Shown: one piece after another, positions 20,021-29,517 of the stretch
Layout of the letters: every line of letters begins with the position of its first letter
How positions within the stretch are numbered: the stretch's first letter is position 1
Origin: an uncultured Alphaproteobacteria bacterium
Lineage (GTDB): Bacteria > Pseudomonadota > Alphaproteobacteria > RF32 > CAG-239
DNA length: 64,000 bases
Direction: 5' to 3'
Assembly (NCBI GenBank): GCA_934254585.1
Contig: CAKQLF010000003.1
Span: 39,371 to 103,370 of the forward strand
Position numbers and translations under genes: made by a program
The notes under the pieces: model-generated
The model's input: the letters and a program-made list of their open reading frames with translations, nothing else
The model's database searches: none
What the model was told of the DNA's origin: nothing

Positions 20021-20968
20021 TTAGGCTTCTTTGAGATATTTTTTCAATGCTAAAATGTGCTCAATCGGTATAGCTTCAAAATTGGTATGAATATTGTCGA
20101 CATATTTGGGATAAGCCATATAATCTCCGTAGTTTGCCGTCAAATAAGTGTCGACATCGTTTATAGAGCTAAATTCATAGCCGCAGAATTTTATTTTCTT
20201 TAGCGGAAAAATTGTTTCGTAATCCAGAAAAAACGAATATTTTGGTGCGTGCAGAAAATCACAACTGGTAAAAACAGCCGGCTTATCATTTTCCGATGCG
20301 GCCGGAACACCTTCCATAATTTTTTCAAAATGAATGTGGCGTAGTGTTTGCTGATATTTTTGTTTGTCGCCTCCTTTATAAGGAACACGATATTTGCATA
20401 TTTTCTTTTGCACCTCTTTGGTTAATTTTTGTTTTTCCGCCCAACTTTCAACTTTACGGCTGTATAATTCGTACGGAAATATGTCAATCCAAGTTTCCGG
20501 AATATGCTTATGCTGAATTTTAACCATATTAGAGGAGCCGTTTTTCCCGCAATGAAAGCGTAGTTCCAAGTCGTTGTCGGAATTTTCTTGGTTAAACAAG
20601 TCAATTATTTTGTCATAATCTTCGCGTAGCATACCGATATCAATATCATCGTCCCAAGGAATAAAATCACGATGACGAAAAGCTCCCAACAAAGTTCCAT
20701 AGTCCAACCAATATCGGATTTTGTGTTTTTTACAAAAAGCATCAACGCTTTTTAAAATTTTCAGATTAGCCAACTGTATTTCTCGCATAAGTCCGTTAGC
20801 TGGCGGAATCTTAGTTATATCCGGTAATGAGCAGTATTCTAATTTATTAATGCGATTAAGCGCGTCAAACAAAAGCTCTTTATTGCTAGGTTTCGTCTTA
20901 AAAATCGGCAGTCCGCAGAAAAAGTAAGTTGTCTTATTGGGTTTTATTTTTTTCTTAAAAATACTCAT
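20021..20968 (-). CDS. LicD-family phosphotransferase (phosphocholine/phospho-alditol transferase family)
   Basis: YWLDYGTLLGAFRHRDFIPWDDDIDIGM is the LicD signature. Confidence 0.8.
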   Translation of the reverse strand: MSIFKKKIKPNKTTYFFCGLPIFKTKPSNKELLFDALNRINKLEYCSLPDITKIPPANGLMREIQLANLKILKSVDAFCKKHKIRYWLDYGTLLGAFRHRDFIPWDDDIDIGMLREDYDKIIDLFNQENSDNDLELRFHCGKNGSSNMVKIQHKHIPETWIDIFPYELYSRKVESWAEKQKLTKEVQKKICKYRVPYKGGDKQKYQQTLRHIHFEKIMEGVPAASENDKPAVFTSCDFLHAPKYSFFLDYETIFPLKKIKFCGYEFSSINDVDTYLTANYGDYMAYPKYVDNIHTNFEAIPIEHILALKKYLKEA

Positions 20969-20977
20969 AATCTGTAC

Positions 20978-21907
20978 CTATATTTTTTTGTTGTCCTTTT
21001 TACCCAAACCAAAATTCATACCCAATAAACATAAGATATAATATTTTTTATGGGTTGGGTCCTTAGAAAAATAAAACAGTTTGCTCAAAAATCTTTTAGT
21101 TTTGAAACAAAGCAGCTCAAAAACTGATTTTTTATAAGGAGATAATTGGGCGTATTTCAGCCATTGATTTTTCAACGGGTGACGGCAATAAGCGTGCCAC
21201 GGCTTTTTCACAAATCCGGTATAATGGATAATCACAGGATTTTTAAAGTGTTTTACAAATGACGGAACATTAAATTTTTGTTCTAAAAATTTGGTTTTAG
21301 TGTCCCACAGTCCGTTCAAGATGTCTTGGTCGTGGAATAATATTCTTTCGTGGTTTTTGTTATAGTAATCCAGAGCTTCGCCGAGCAAATTATGTCCGTT
21401 CAATTCTTTAATATTGAATAAAATCATACCTGCATTAAAATATTTTCCACCCTTTAGCCGCAGGTTCTGAGTTTGTAAAGCTCCTTTTTCTTCTACCACT
21501 CCGGCGCAGTATGAGGTTAAATCCGTGGCAAACAATTCATCGAGCGGCGAGGTTACAATCATATCGCCGTCTAAATACAAAACCTTGTCGGCATCATTTG
21601 GCAAAAAATCCGTAATCTTAAAACGATATAGCGAACCTATAGATAAATAGCCAAAGTTCATCGTATTATATTGTCTAAATTCATCTTTATCTATCTTATG
21701 CAAAACTATTTCACATTTTTTAAGATTGTTAAGTTCTTTTAGCTTTGCAATGTCGTTTTCAGCAATATCATCACTGATAAGATGAAAAATTTGCGTTGTT
21801 TCCGCGGAGGAATTTGCCAAAATAGACGTCATTGTCACCGCGGTAAATGGTAGATAATTACGGTCTGAACAAAAATATATGTGCTGATTAGAGAATTTAT
21901 TGCTCAT
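20978..21907 (-). CDS. Glycosyltransferase family 8 (LPS glycosyltransferase-like)
   Basis: YLDGDMIV (DxD), FNAGMILFN, HDQDILN. Confidence 0.8.
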   Translation of the reverse strand: MSNKFSNQHIYFCSDRNYLPFTAVTMTSILANSSAETTQIFHLISDDIAENDIAKLKELNNLKKCEIVLHKIDKDEFRQYNTMNFGYLSIGSLYRFKITDFLPNDADKVLYLDGDMIVTSPLDELFATDLTSYCAGVVEEKGALQTQNLRLKGGKYFNAGMILFNIKELNGHNLLGEALDYYNKNHERILFHDQDILNGLWDTKTKFLEQKFNVPSFVKHFKNPVIIHYTGFVKKPWHAYCRHPLKNQWLKYAQLSPYKKSVFELLCFKTKRFLSKLFYFSKDPTHKKYYILCLLGMNFGLGKKDNKKI

Positions 21908-22166
21908 TTATCAATCTTTCAAAAATTTTCGGATAGCTCACTCTAGCGCAAAAATAAACATAGAGCAATGAAAAAACATATCTTTCACACAAAATGTAAC
22001 AGTCATTAAAAACCACTCCTGAAAAGCGGCTTTTAGGGTGGGGCGGATAGATAAGGGCGAACTCAAATGATTTTTCCACCGATTTGGAGATTTAGAGAAG
22101 CAATAATATTCTCTCATTTAACATATTTTAATTTATGTTATATATAATTCAAGCAGAGGTGGTAAA

Positions 22167-22991
22167 ATGAAAAAGTTTGTATTAATTTTAGGTTTTGTTA
22201 TGGCGTTAAACACAAACGCTTGTGCGGAAAATATAAAAGATGAACAATATCCTAATTATGTTGAGCAATCTGATGAAATATTGGCAACTGCACAAAAGTT
22301 TAAAGATTTGCTTAAAACAAACAATCCGCAACTGATTGCGCAAAACGTTGTTTATCCGTTTTCACTCGGTTGGGGTGTACCGAGTATCCATAATGAGCAG
22401 GAATTTATTGAAAAATACGATATTATTTTGCCGGAATATCTGCGTCAATATTTTATAGATTCAGCAGCAGAACAATGGGGAAGCGGTCAAAATCTTGGCG
22501 GAATTTGTTTAAATGATTGTCCTGACGCTCATTTAACCGATGATGGCAAGATAATCTGGATTAAAAACAGCGAAGAATTAAAACAATATCGTACGGAGTA
22601 TATTGAAAAAGAAAAACAAACGATTCATCCGAGCCTAAAAAATTATAATTATAATTTGTATACAATGGAAACCAAAGATTGGTTGATTCGCATTGACGAT
22701 ATGGAAGGGCTGTATGAAGTATCTACCCAGATAGATATTCCGAATATATACCGTTTTACGGCATGGGAAAAAGGCAAAACGATATCCGATAAACCAGATA
22801 TCGTTATTGACCAAGGGCATACTGAAAAAGACCCCGAATTTAGGTATTCTCCGGAATATTATGTGTTCAATAATTCTGAATATCATGCAATCTTTACAAA
22901 TGATCCTATAGGTCCAATGGACCATATACCATATTACATAGAAATATATAAAAATTTCTGTTCAGAAACACCAATAATGATTATGAAATAA
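22167..22991 (+). CDS. Secreted hypothetical protein
   Basis: Signal peptide MKKFVLILGFVMALNTNACA. GAGGTGG RBS. Convergent with the MuF-lysozyme gene across a 7-nt gap. Confidence 0.7.
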   Translation: MKKFVLILGFVMALNTNACAENIKDEQYPNYVEQSDEILATAQKFKDLLKTNNPQLIAQNVVYPFSLGWGVPSIHNEQEFIEKYDIILPEYLRQYFIDSAAEQWGSGQNLGGICLNDCPDAHLTDDGKIIWIKNSEELKQYRTEYIEKEKQTIHPSLKNYNYNLYTMETKDWLIRIDDMEGLYEVSTQIDIPNIYRFTAWEKGKTISDKPDIVIDQGHTEKDPEFRYSPEYYVFNNSEYHAIFTNDPIGPMDHIPYYIEIYKNFCSETPIMIMK

Positions 22992-22998
22992 TATTAGT

Positions 22999-24177
22999 CT
23001 ACTGATAAAAACCACCTTGTAAAGCAAACATAATTTTTGCGTCATTACGGAATTTGTTACCGTCATCTATATGCAAGTTAGATGCGATTCCCTGGATGTC
23101 TTTATTTGTGGCACTTAGCCATAAATTTTTCCATACATATTTTCCAAACGGATGACTTTTATCAATTTTTTCTTTTTTTGCTTTTTGTGTGACATTATTT
23201 TGATAATGCACATCAAAAATAGCACGCTGCAAATTCCAATCCATAATGGTAAAGTTCGGAAACTGTTCAACCAATTCATTCCACTTTGCTTCTATAATTT
23301 CACGGTCTATGGCATCGCATTGAGCATCGGTTAAACGCAATTTTGTTACATTTTTGAAAAATGTATGTCTTAATATATCCAAGCCTTTGGCGTGCTTCTG
23401 ATATTCTGTATATTCATGTAATTTATCAAATTCTTCTTTGATTTCCGCCTTTGTTGCCGGTTTTCCGGTGTCTGCCATATAGTATGGTAAACTATTCTGT
23501 TCCTTTTCCGTAATCAGATGTCCCGTACAAACCGTATCTTTACCAACACTATCCAAGTAAGGATAATTTGTAAATCCCTCAATGCCGTCTTTGCGCAAAA
23601 AGTTCATAATATCGCGGAATTTTTCTTCAGTTAGCACGCTGTTATTTTTACGAAAAATCGCATCGCTTGCCGTGGTAACTTTATCATTTTCGGCATATTG
23701 CGGAAGATTGGATGTATCAAAATCAATCGGCTTAAGTGTTTTTTGCAACTCTTTAAACATATCAAGTCCGCTGACGTCTACAATCATCGGCTTATCCTTA
23801 TATCTTTCCGGTCTATACGGCTCTGCCCAACAGCGACAGTTATAATCCTCCCCGGGATGTCCTCCCTCGGGTGGAATATGCCAATTGAAAATTTTACCTT
23901 CACGCTCAGCATGCTTTCCACGAACTCTGTCGTCTTTTTCAGTCCGCCAAATATAATAATCTTCCAGATTTTCATTCATTTCATCCGTCAAAATACTGCT
24001 TAGCTTGGGATTAAATGAATTTTCACTCGGCACATCTATTTCTCCGCGAGGGTCATCATCTGTATCATACCTCGGATTAAGGTAATACCAATCACTTTGT
24101 CCTTGCTTTTTGTGGCTACGTTTGACTGACTTAAAGCCGTGCAGCCTTTGATACAAATCATCTCTTAATTTATTCAT
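22999..24177 (-). CDS. MuF-motif (phage minor head protein-like) protein fused to a T4-lysozyme-like (GH24) domain
   Basis: WRTEKDDRVRGKHAEREGKIF...PGEDYNCRCWAEP matches the Phage_Mu_F/SPP1 gp7 core. IEGFTNYPYLDSVGKDTVCTGHL aligns in register with T4L [22 protein letters not shown], keeping the Glu, Asp and Thr positions. Confidence 0.7.
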   Translation of the reverse strand: MNKLRDDLYQRLHGFKSVKRSHKKQGQSDWYYLNPRYDTDDDPRGEIDVPSENSFNPKLSSILTDEMNENLEDYYIWRTEKDDRVRGKHAEREGKIFNWHIPPEGGHPGEDYNCRCWAEPYRPERYKDKPMIVDVSGLDMFKELQKTLKPIDFDTSNLPQYAENDKVTTASDAIFRKNNSVLTEEKFRDIMNFLRKDGIEGFTNYPYLDSVGKDTVCTGHLITEKEQNSLPYYMADTGKPATKAEIKEEFDKLHEYTEYQKHAKGLDILRHTFFKNVTKLRLTDAQCDAIDREIIEAKWNELVEQFPNFTIMDWNLQRAIFDVHYQNNVTQKAKKEKIDKSHPFGKYVWKNLWLSATNKDIQGIASNLHIDDGNKFRNDAKIMFALQGGFYQ

Positions 24178-24284
24178 TTTGCTATTCCTTTATGTTAAGG
24201 GTTAAAAATTATTTTTGGTTATTATCATAAAGGATAGGGTACCACAGCAGACAATAATTTAAATCCGCCAGCTCGAAAAATGAT

Positions 24285-24806
24285 TCATTTTGCTCGAAAA
24301 GTGTTTTTTTGTTTTCTAAATTCGGTTATCCAATTTCTTATGGTCGTTTCCGGTGTTGTCGATTGAAAACTTGGCTTTAAATACTTAAATTCACCTTGGT
24401 GAAGCCTATCAACAATATTATTAACGAACTCTTTGATTGTCTTGTAATCATTATTTTGGTCGTATTCTTGCAGTAGAAACTCTTTAAATAATCTATTCTT
24501 TTCGCCTTTTGCCAATCCACCTCTGGCATGTCTTTCTTTTTCTTGTTTTTGCATTTTGATAGTCGTTTTTTCTTGAATGGTATCGGCTTCTTGCATGGCG
24601 GCAATAGTTATACTTTGTTGCAACTCTCTCGCACTGTTTGCTAGTTCTTCTATAAATAGCAGAATTTCTTTTAGTTCTTTTGACATTTTATAATTTAACG
24701 GCAAAGATTTAAGGTCTTTTTGCTTATAATGTTCAATACGCCAAACTAATGCTCGCTTTTCTTTATCGGTTAAAATGTATCTATCTTTATTTTGATCTAA
24801 TTCCAT
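24285..24806 (-). CDS. Hypothetical protein (173 aa), upstream of and co-directional with the MuF-lysozyme gene
   Basis: Clean ORF with a charged, helical-looking sequence. No motif recognised. Confidence 0.55.
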   Translation of the reverse strand: MELDQNKDRYILTDKEKRALVWRIEHYKQKDLKSLPLNYKMSKELKEILLFIEELANSARELQQSITIAAMQEADTIQEKTTIKMQKQEKERHARGGLAKGEKNRLFKEFLLQEYDQNNDYKTIKEFVNNIVDRLHQGEFKYLKPSFQSTTPETTIRNWITEFRKQKNTFRAK

Positions 24807-25113
24807 ATTAACGTGCCTTTATCATTTTTTTATATATCTATATTTAGATGTTAAAATAATAAAATGCAATGTGATATTGTAACACAAAAAACAATTTGCA
24901 GATGTAAAAACCTAACTTTATACTTAGTATTTTATGGTGGTGGAGGGGATACCAAAAAACTAAGTCGTATATTTATTACACCGAAATAATGAAAATTTAA
25001 ACCGTTGGTATCTTTAATTGTCCAGACCATCTACGACATCTGGTCACTTTCTACCCCCGTATCGCAACCATAGTTCCATTACAAAAATAAGAATTGCTAG
25101 CCTAACCAAATTA

Positions 25114-25196
25114 AGAAAAATGTGTATATTAGAATCACAAATATTTAGAATTTTGTGTATATTTTATATGAATAATTCTTGAATTTTGTGTATTTA
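25114..25196 (+). promoter_or_regulatory. Three direct repeats (consensus AGAAWWTGTGTATATT) phased at exactly 33 bp
   Basis: Copies start at 25114, 25147 and 25180, 50-135 nt upstream of the ATPase ATG at 25249. Confidence 0.6.
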
Positions 25197-25248
25197 TATG
25201 CTATTTATACCTTATAAAATGTGTGTAATCTATTTTAAGGACAAGTCA

Positions 25249-26598
25249 ATGTATCGTAAAGCTGAGCAAATATTGAAAGTATGGAAGGCTAACTTAAAAA
25301 AGAAAGCCTTGCTTATAACCGGTCAACGACAAGCCGGTAAGACTTATATTGTGCGTGAGTTCGGTAAAGCTAATTATAAACACTATGTAGAAATTAACTT
25401 CATTACGACACCCTCTGCTAAAGATATCTTCTCAGGAGATTTAAATGCCGACACTTTGATTATGAATTTAACCGCCTTTATAGGTAAGCCGTTAGAAAAA
25501 GGAAAAACTCTGATATTTCTTGATGAAATACAAGAATGTCCGAATGCTCGAACAGCAATTAAGTTTTTGGTTGATGATGGGCGATTTGATTATATTGAAT
25601 CAGGCTCACTTTTGGGTGTTCAATATAAACAAGTTCCGTCTTATCCTGTAGGTTATGAAGAGATATATCAGATGTATCCGATGGATTTTGAAGAATTTTG
25701 TATTGCAAATGGTGTTCAAACCTCAACGCTTGATTATCTGCGCGAATGTTATGAAAAACAGACGCCGATAACTGATTCCATTCATCAAACAATGTCTAAT
25801 CTATTTAAGTATTACATTGTTGTCGGTGGTATGCCTGATGTGGTCAAAAGATTTATAAACACACGTGATATAGGACAAGTTGTGGGTGTCCAACGAGATA
25901 TTATTGCCCAATATCGGCAAGATATAAACAAATATTCTATCACCGGCAAAAATATGATTAACCATATATTTGATAATATACCATCACAACTGGATGATAA
26001 AAATCGCCGATTTATGCTCTCTTCAATTCAAAAGAATGCCAGACTTCGCGATTATGAAGATTCTTTTGTTTGGCTATCCGATGCCGGAGTTGCTCTGCCG
26101 TGTTATAATTTGACAGAGCCCAAAATACCTCTTAAAATCAACGAACAAAGCCGTTTATTCAAACTCTATATGAGTGATGTCGGCTTACTCTGTGCGATGA
26201 GCTTGGAAAATGTTCAATTTGAGATATTACAAGGGAATTTATCCATAAATATGGGGGGAATCTTAGAAAATGCCTTTGCTGAACTCTTAAAAGCTAACGG
26301 TTTTGCTCTGCGTTACTTAAATAAAAAGAACATCGGTGAGTTGGATTTTGTGGTTCAGCAAAGTGATGAAGTTGTACCGATTGAAATTAAATCAGGTAAA
26401 GATTATAAGGCACATGCCGCACTCAATAATGCTTTAAAAGTTAAGGAATGGAACCTCAAAAAAGGTATTGTATTTTGTATGGATAATATCCAAAAAACTG
26501 ATAAAATAACTTATCTTCCGTGGTATTTGGTGATGTTTTTAAAACAAAATAATTCTGACGAATCAATGATTATAAATGTTGATTTGAGTGGATTATGA
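25249..26598 (+). CDS. AAA_14-type ATPase with a DUF4143-like C-terminal nuclease-fold domain
   Basis: Walker A GQRQAGKTY, Walker B IFLDEIQECP, C-terminal ELDFVV...VPIEIKSG. AAGGA RBS before ATG 25249; the track ORF opens earlier at 25186. Confidence 0.75.
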   Translation: MYRKAEQILKVWKANLKKKALLITGQRQAGKTYIVREFGKANYKHYVEINFITTPSAKDIFSGDLNADTLIMNLTAFIGKPLEKGKTLIFLDEIQECPNARTAIKFLVDDGRFDYIESGSLLGVQYKQVPSYPVGYEEIYQMYPMDFEEFCIANGVQTSTLDYLRECYEKQTPITDSIHQTMSNLFKYYIVVGGMPDVVKRFINTRDIGQVVGVQRDIIAQYRQDINKYSITGKNMINHIFDNIPSQLDDKNRRFMLSSIQKNARLRDYEDSFVWLSDAGVALPCYNLTEPKIPLKINEQSRLFKLYMSDVGLLCAMSLENVQFEILQGNLSINMGGILENAFAELLKANGFALRYLNKKNIGELDFVVQQSDEVVPIEIKSGKDYKAHAALNNALKVKEWNLKKGIVFCMDNIQKTDKITYLPWYLVMFLKQNNSDESMIINVDLSGL

Positions 26599-27045
26599 TA
26601 GTAAATAGTCTGCCGAAATTTGCGAACTTCACGAAAAAAATAGAGAAAATTAATGATACACAAAAAACAAAACGTGTGCTTAATTTTACACTGTGATGCG
26701 AACACCCTAAAAATGCCCATAAAGCCTTATAATTAAAATAAATCTTGTTTTGGTAAAAATAAATCTTTTTCTACTTTAAGTAATAAAAATAAAATTTATA
26801 TTTTGAAAATTTTACAACTATTTGAAGTTACAAGATATCATATGGCGAAGTGCCGCAATCGCTGTTTGAAGAAATCAAGCCGTACTACGACAAACTTTCG
26901 TATTTGGTAGAAAAATTTGAAGTAAAATTTTGCAAAGGAATTGTTAAGTTGGTAGGTATAAAATCATAATATAATAATATAATTGCTTTTTAGTTTGTTA
27001 TTTGATAGCTTTTACATCATCAAATATATTGAGGAAGGAAAACTC

Positions 27046-28803
27046 ATGAATATTTTTTCTTTTTGCATCGGTGCGGCTGTGGTTTGTTTGTATTTTAAAT
27101 GGAAAAAGCAGGCAAATCCAAATAATTCGGATAATAAAATTAAATTGTCTGAAATTAGTAACGACCAGGCATTGAATAAAGTTATTCATCTGATAGATAG
27201 TGGTAGAAATATTTTTATAACAGGCGGTGCAGGGACAGGTAAGAGCTATATGCTTCGTCAGTTAAAATTACATTATAAAACATCTCTAAATTTAACAAGC
27301 ACGACAGGAATATCTGCTATTAATATAAACGGGCAAACAATACATGCTTGGTCTGGTATCGGTATAGATAATAATCCTAACTCATTATGGAATGTACTAA
27401 ATCGAATTATTTCCAATCCAGTGTTAAAAAAACAAATCCTCGATTGTAAAATGTTGGCAATAGATGAAATATCAATGTTACATAAAGATACATTGGAATT
27501 CTTAAATTTAGTTTTGCAAAAAATACGTTGTAACGAGCAACCTATGGGAGGAATACAAACTATTTTTATAGGCGATTTTTTCCAATTACCACCTGTAGTA
27601 AAAGATCGAAAGATTAGTATTGATGATTTTTGTTTCAGTTCTGAAACATGGAAGAAATTGAATTTAGAAACAATTTTATTAAAAGAAGTCAAAAGACAAA
27701 ATGAAATTAGGTATATTAATGTATTAAATCACATAAGAGAAGGTATCGTGGATGAAAAAGACTGGGAGGTTATATTAGATAGATATAATAAAATGCCTCT
27801 TGATATTATTAGTGATAAGACAAAATTACATTTATATTCTACAAACAAGGAAGCAGATGGCTTCAATAATATGTGCTTTGAGCTTATAAAATCGGAGTCT
27901 ATTACATTTGAAAGCGAAGACAAAATAGAATATTATAATGAAAAACAACAGTTAATTTGCATAGAAACCAATCCTGATAAATGGGGAGACTTCGGTAATG
28001 TTTTCAATGAAGATTTTAGAGTACCCCGAGACTTAAAACTAAAAATAGGCTGTAGAGTTATGCTTTTAAAAAACATAGATGTCAAATCAAAGTTAGCCAA
28101 TGGTAGTTGCGGTACGGTAACAGATATTGCAAATGACGTCATTGTAATCAAATTTGATAAAGGTCCGTCTGCTCCTGTTGCAAAAGCAGAATTTGAAAGT
28201 TTTAGATATCGAAAAAAATCATTTGGTGTGGATAAAGGAGATAGTTTCAAACAGCGTATTGTACGCAAACAGTTTCCTGTACGTTTAGCATATGGTATTA
28301 CTATTCACAAATCGCAAGGAATGACATTTGATGAATTGGTTGTGCATTTAGATAAAATATTTGCGGATGGTCAATGTTATGTAGCTTTAAGCCGTACAAC
28401 ATCACTAGAAGGCTTAAACCCAATTGGATTTAATCCTAATAAAATAGTCGTAAATAAAGATGTCGTTAATTTTTATAAAAAATTAGATGATGCATCGATT
28501 ATAAATAATTCAAACAATTTGAATGCAGAAGATAATGAAAGGGAAAAACTTATAAAACAAGCAATAGAAGAAGGTAAAATATTAAAAATAAAATATCATT
28601 CCAATTCACAATACAAAAATGAAGAAACCGTGAGAACTGTTAAGCCTAAAAGACTTGCATACGGAAGAGATTTGAATAATGAAGAAAATGAAAGTTCATA
28701 TCATTTAGAAAATAATAAATTATATATGATAGCATTTTGTGAATTAAGACAACAAACCCGACATTTTAGGGTTGAAAATATTGAAGATATAGAGGTTTTA
28801 TAA
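27046..28803 (+). CDS. Pif1/RecD-like SF1 helicase with an N-terminal hydrophobic segment and a C-terminal WYL domain
   Basis: GGAGTGKSY, AIDEISML, GDFFQLPPV, ITIHKSQGMTFD, YVALSRTTSLEGL. C-terminal LKIKYHS...VRTVKPKRLAY...LYMIAFCELRQQTRHFRVENIEDIEVL is WYL-like. GAGGAAGGA RBS before ATG 27046. Confidence 0.8.
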   Translation: MNIFSFCIGAAVVCLYFKWKKQANPNNSDNKIKLSEISNDQALNKVIHLIDSGRNIFITGGAGTGKSYMLRQLKLHYKTSLNLTSTTGISAININGQTIHAWSGIGIDNNPNSLWNVLNRIISNPVLKKQILDCKMLAIDEISMLHKDTLEFLNLVLQKIRCNEQPMGGIQTIFIGDFFQLPPVVKDRKISIDDFCFSSETWKKLNLETILLKEVKRQNEIRYINVLNHIREGIVDEKDWEVILDRYNKMPLDIISDKTKLHLYSTNKEADGFNNMCFELIKSESITFESEDKIEYYNEKQQLICIETNPDKWGDFGNVFNEDFRVPRDLKLKIGCRVMLLKNIDVKSKLANGSCGTVTDIANDVIVIKFDKGPSAPVAKAEFESFRYRKKSFGVDKGDSFKQRIVRKQFPVRLAYGITIHKSQGMTFDELVVHLDKIFADGQCYVALSRTTSLEGLNPIGFNPNKIVVNKDVVNFYKKLDDASIINNSNNLNAEDNEREKLIKQAIEEGKILKIKYHSNSQYKNEETVRTVKPKRLAYGRDLNNEENESSYHLENNKLYMIAFCELRQQTRHFRVENIEDIEVL

Positions 28804-29517
28804 GATTAATAGAATATTTACTTTATGCATCTTATGGATATCACATAACGTCTTGAATTAATAGATTTCAATAATTTTAAAAATTGTATGATAAACATCA
28901 TATTGTATTTGATATTGTTCTGTTTCCAAGCATTGGTTATATTGTACCGAAAGGAAATACAATGAAGACTGTTAAAATCTATATGGTTAGGAAGCCGTCA
29001 GATATTGAAGAAATAATGGAGTATTCCTGCGTTATAGCAACCAGACAGAGAAAGTTGTAATGAAGGAAACGGTCAACCTACCACAAGTCTGGTATGATGC
29101 TGTGTTACGAAATCCGATGGACAATTACATCTTTTTATCTGGTAAAGGTGGTTATAACGTTGAAAACCACCGCCAAGTGCTTGAATTCCAATGCGCCGAC
29201 AAATCACCCCTTTACGTCGCCCCGTCCGGCTCCTCATACTGCTGTTACATGTGAGTTGAATTATAAAAATGCGCAAATATGAGTATATCCAGCCGAGCAA
29301 CTGCACAACTTTCCGGATGTTATATATAATGCTGGCAGAACCTTGACGCAAATTGAAATGATATTAAAACGGACATACGGGAATCCGCTACCGATAAAGT
29401 CGCAGGACCATTTATTCCGTATAAGGCACAAGCTGGAACAAATGGTCGCCCGCTACAAACAATGCGAGAGTGAACTAAAGAACGAACGTCAAAAGAAAAA
29501 ATGACATTTTGTTTAAT

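Noticed and set aside
24925-24955. TGGTGGTGGAGGGGATACC, which in reverse complement ends ...CCCCTCCACCACCA like a tRNA 3' end, as a possible left-hand att site of the island
   Set aside because: It does not match the tRNA-Met end beyond CCACCA. No T-loop precedes it. I found no second copy, so the evidence is insufficient to call an att site.
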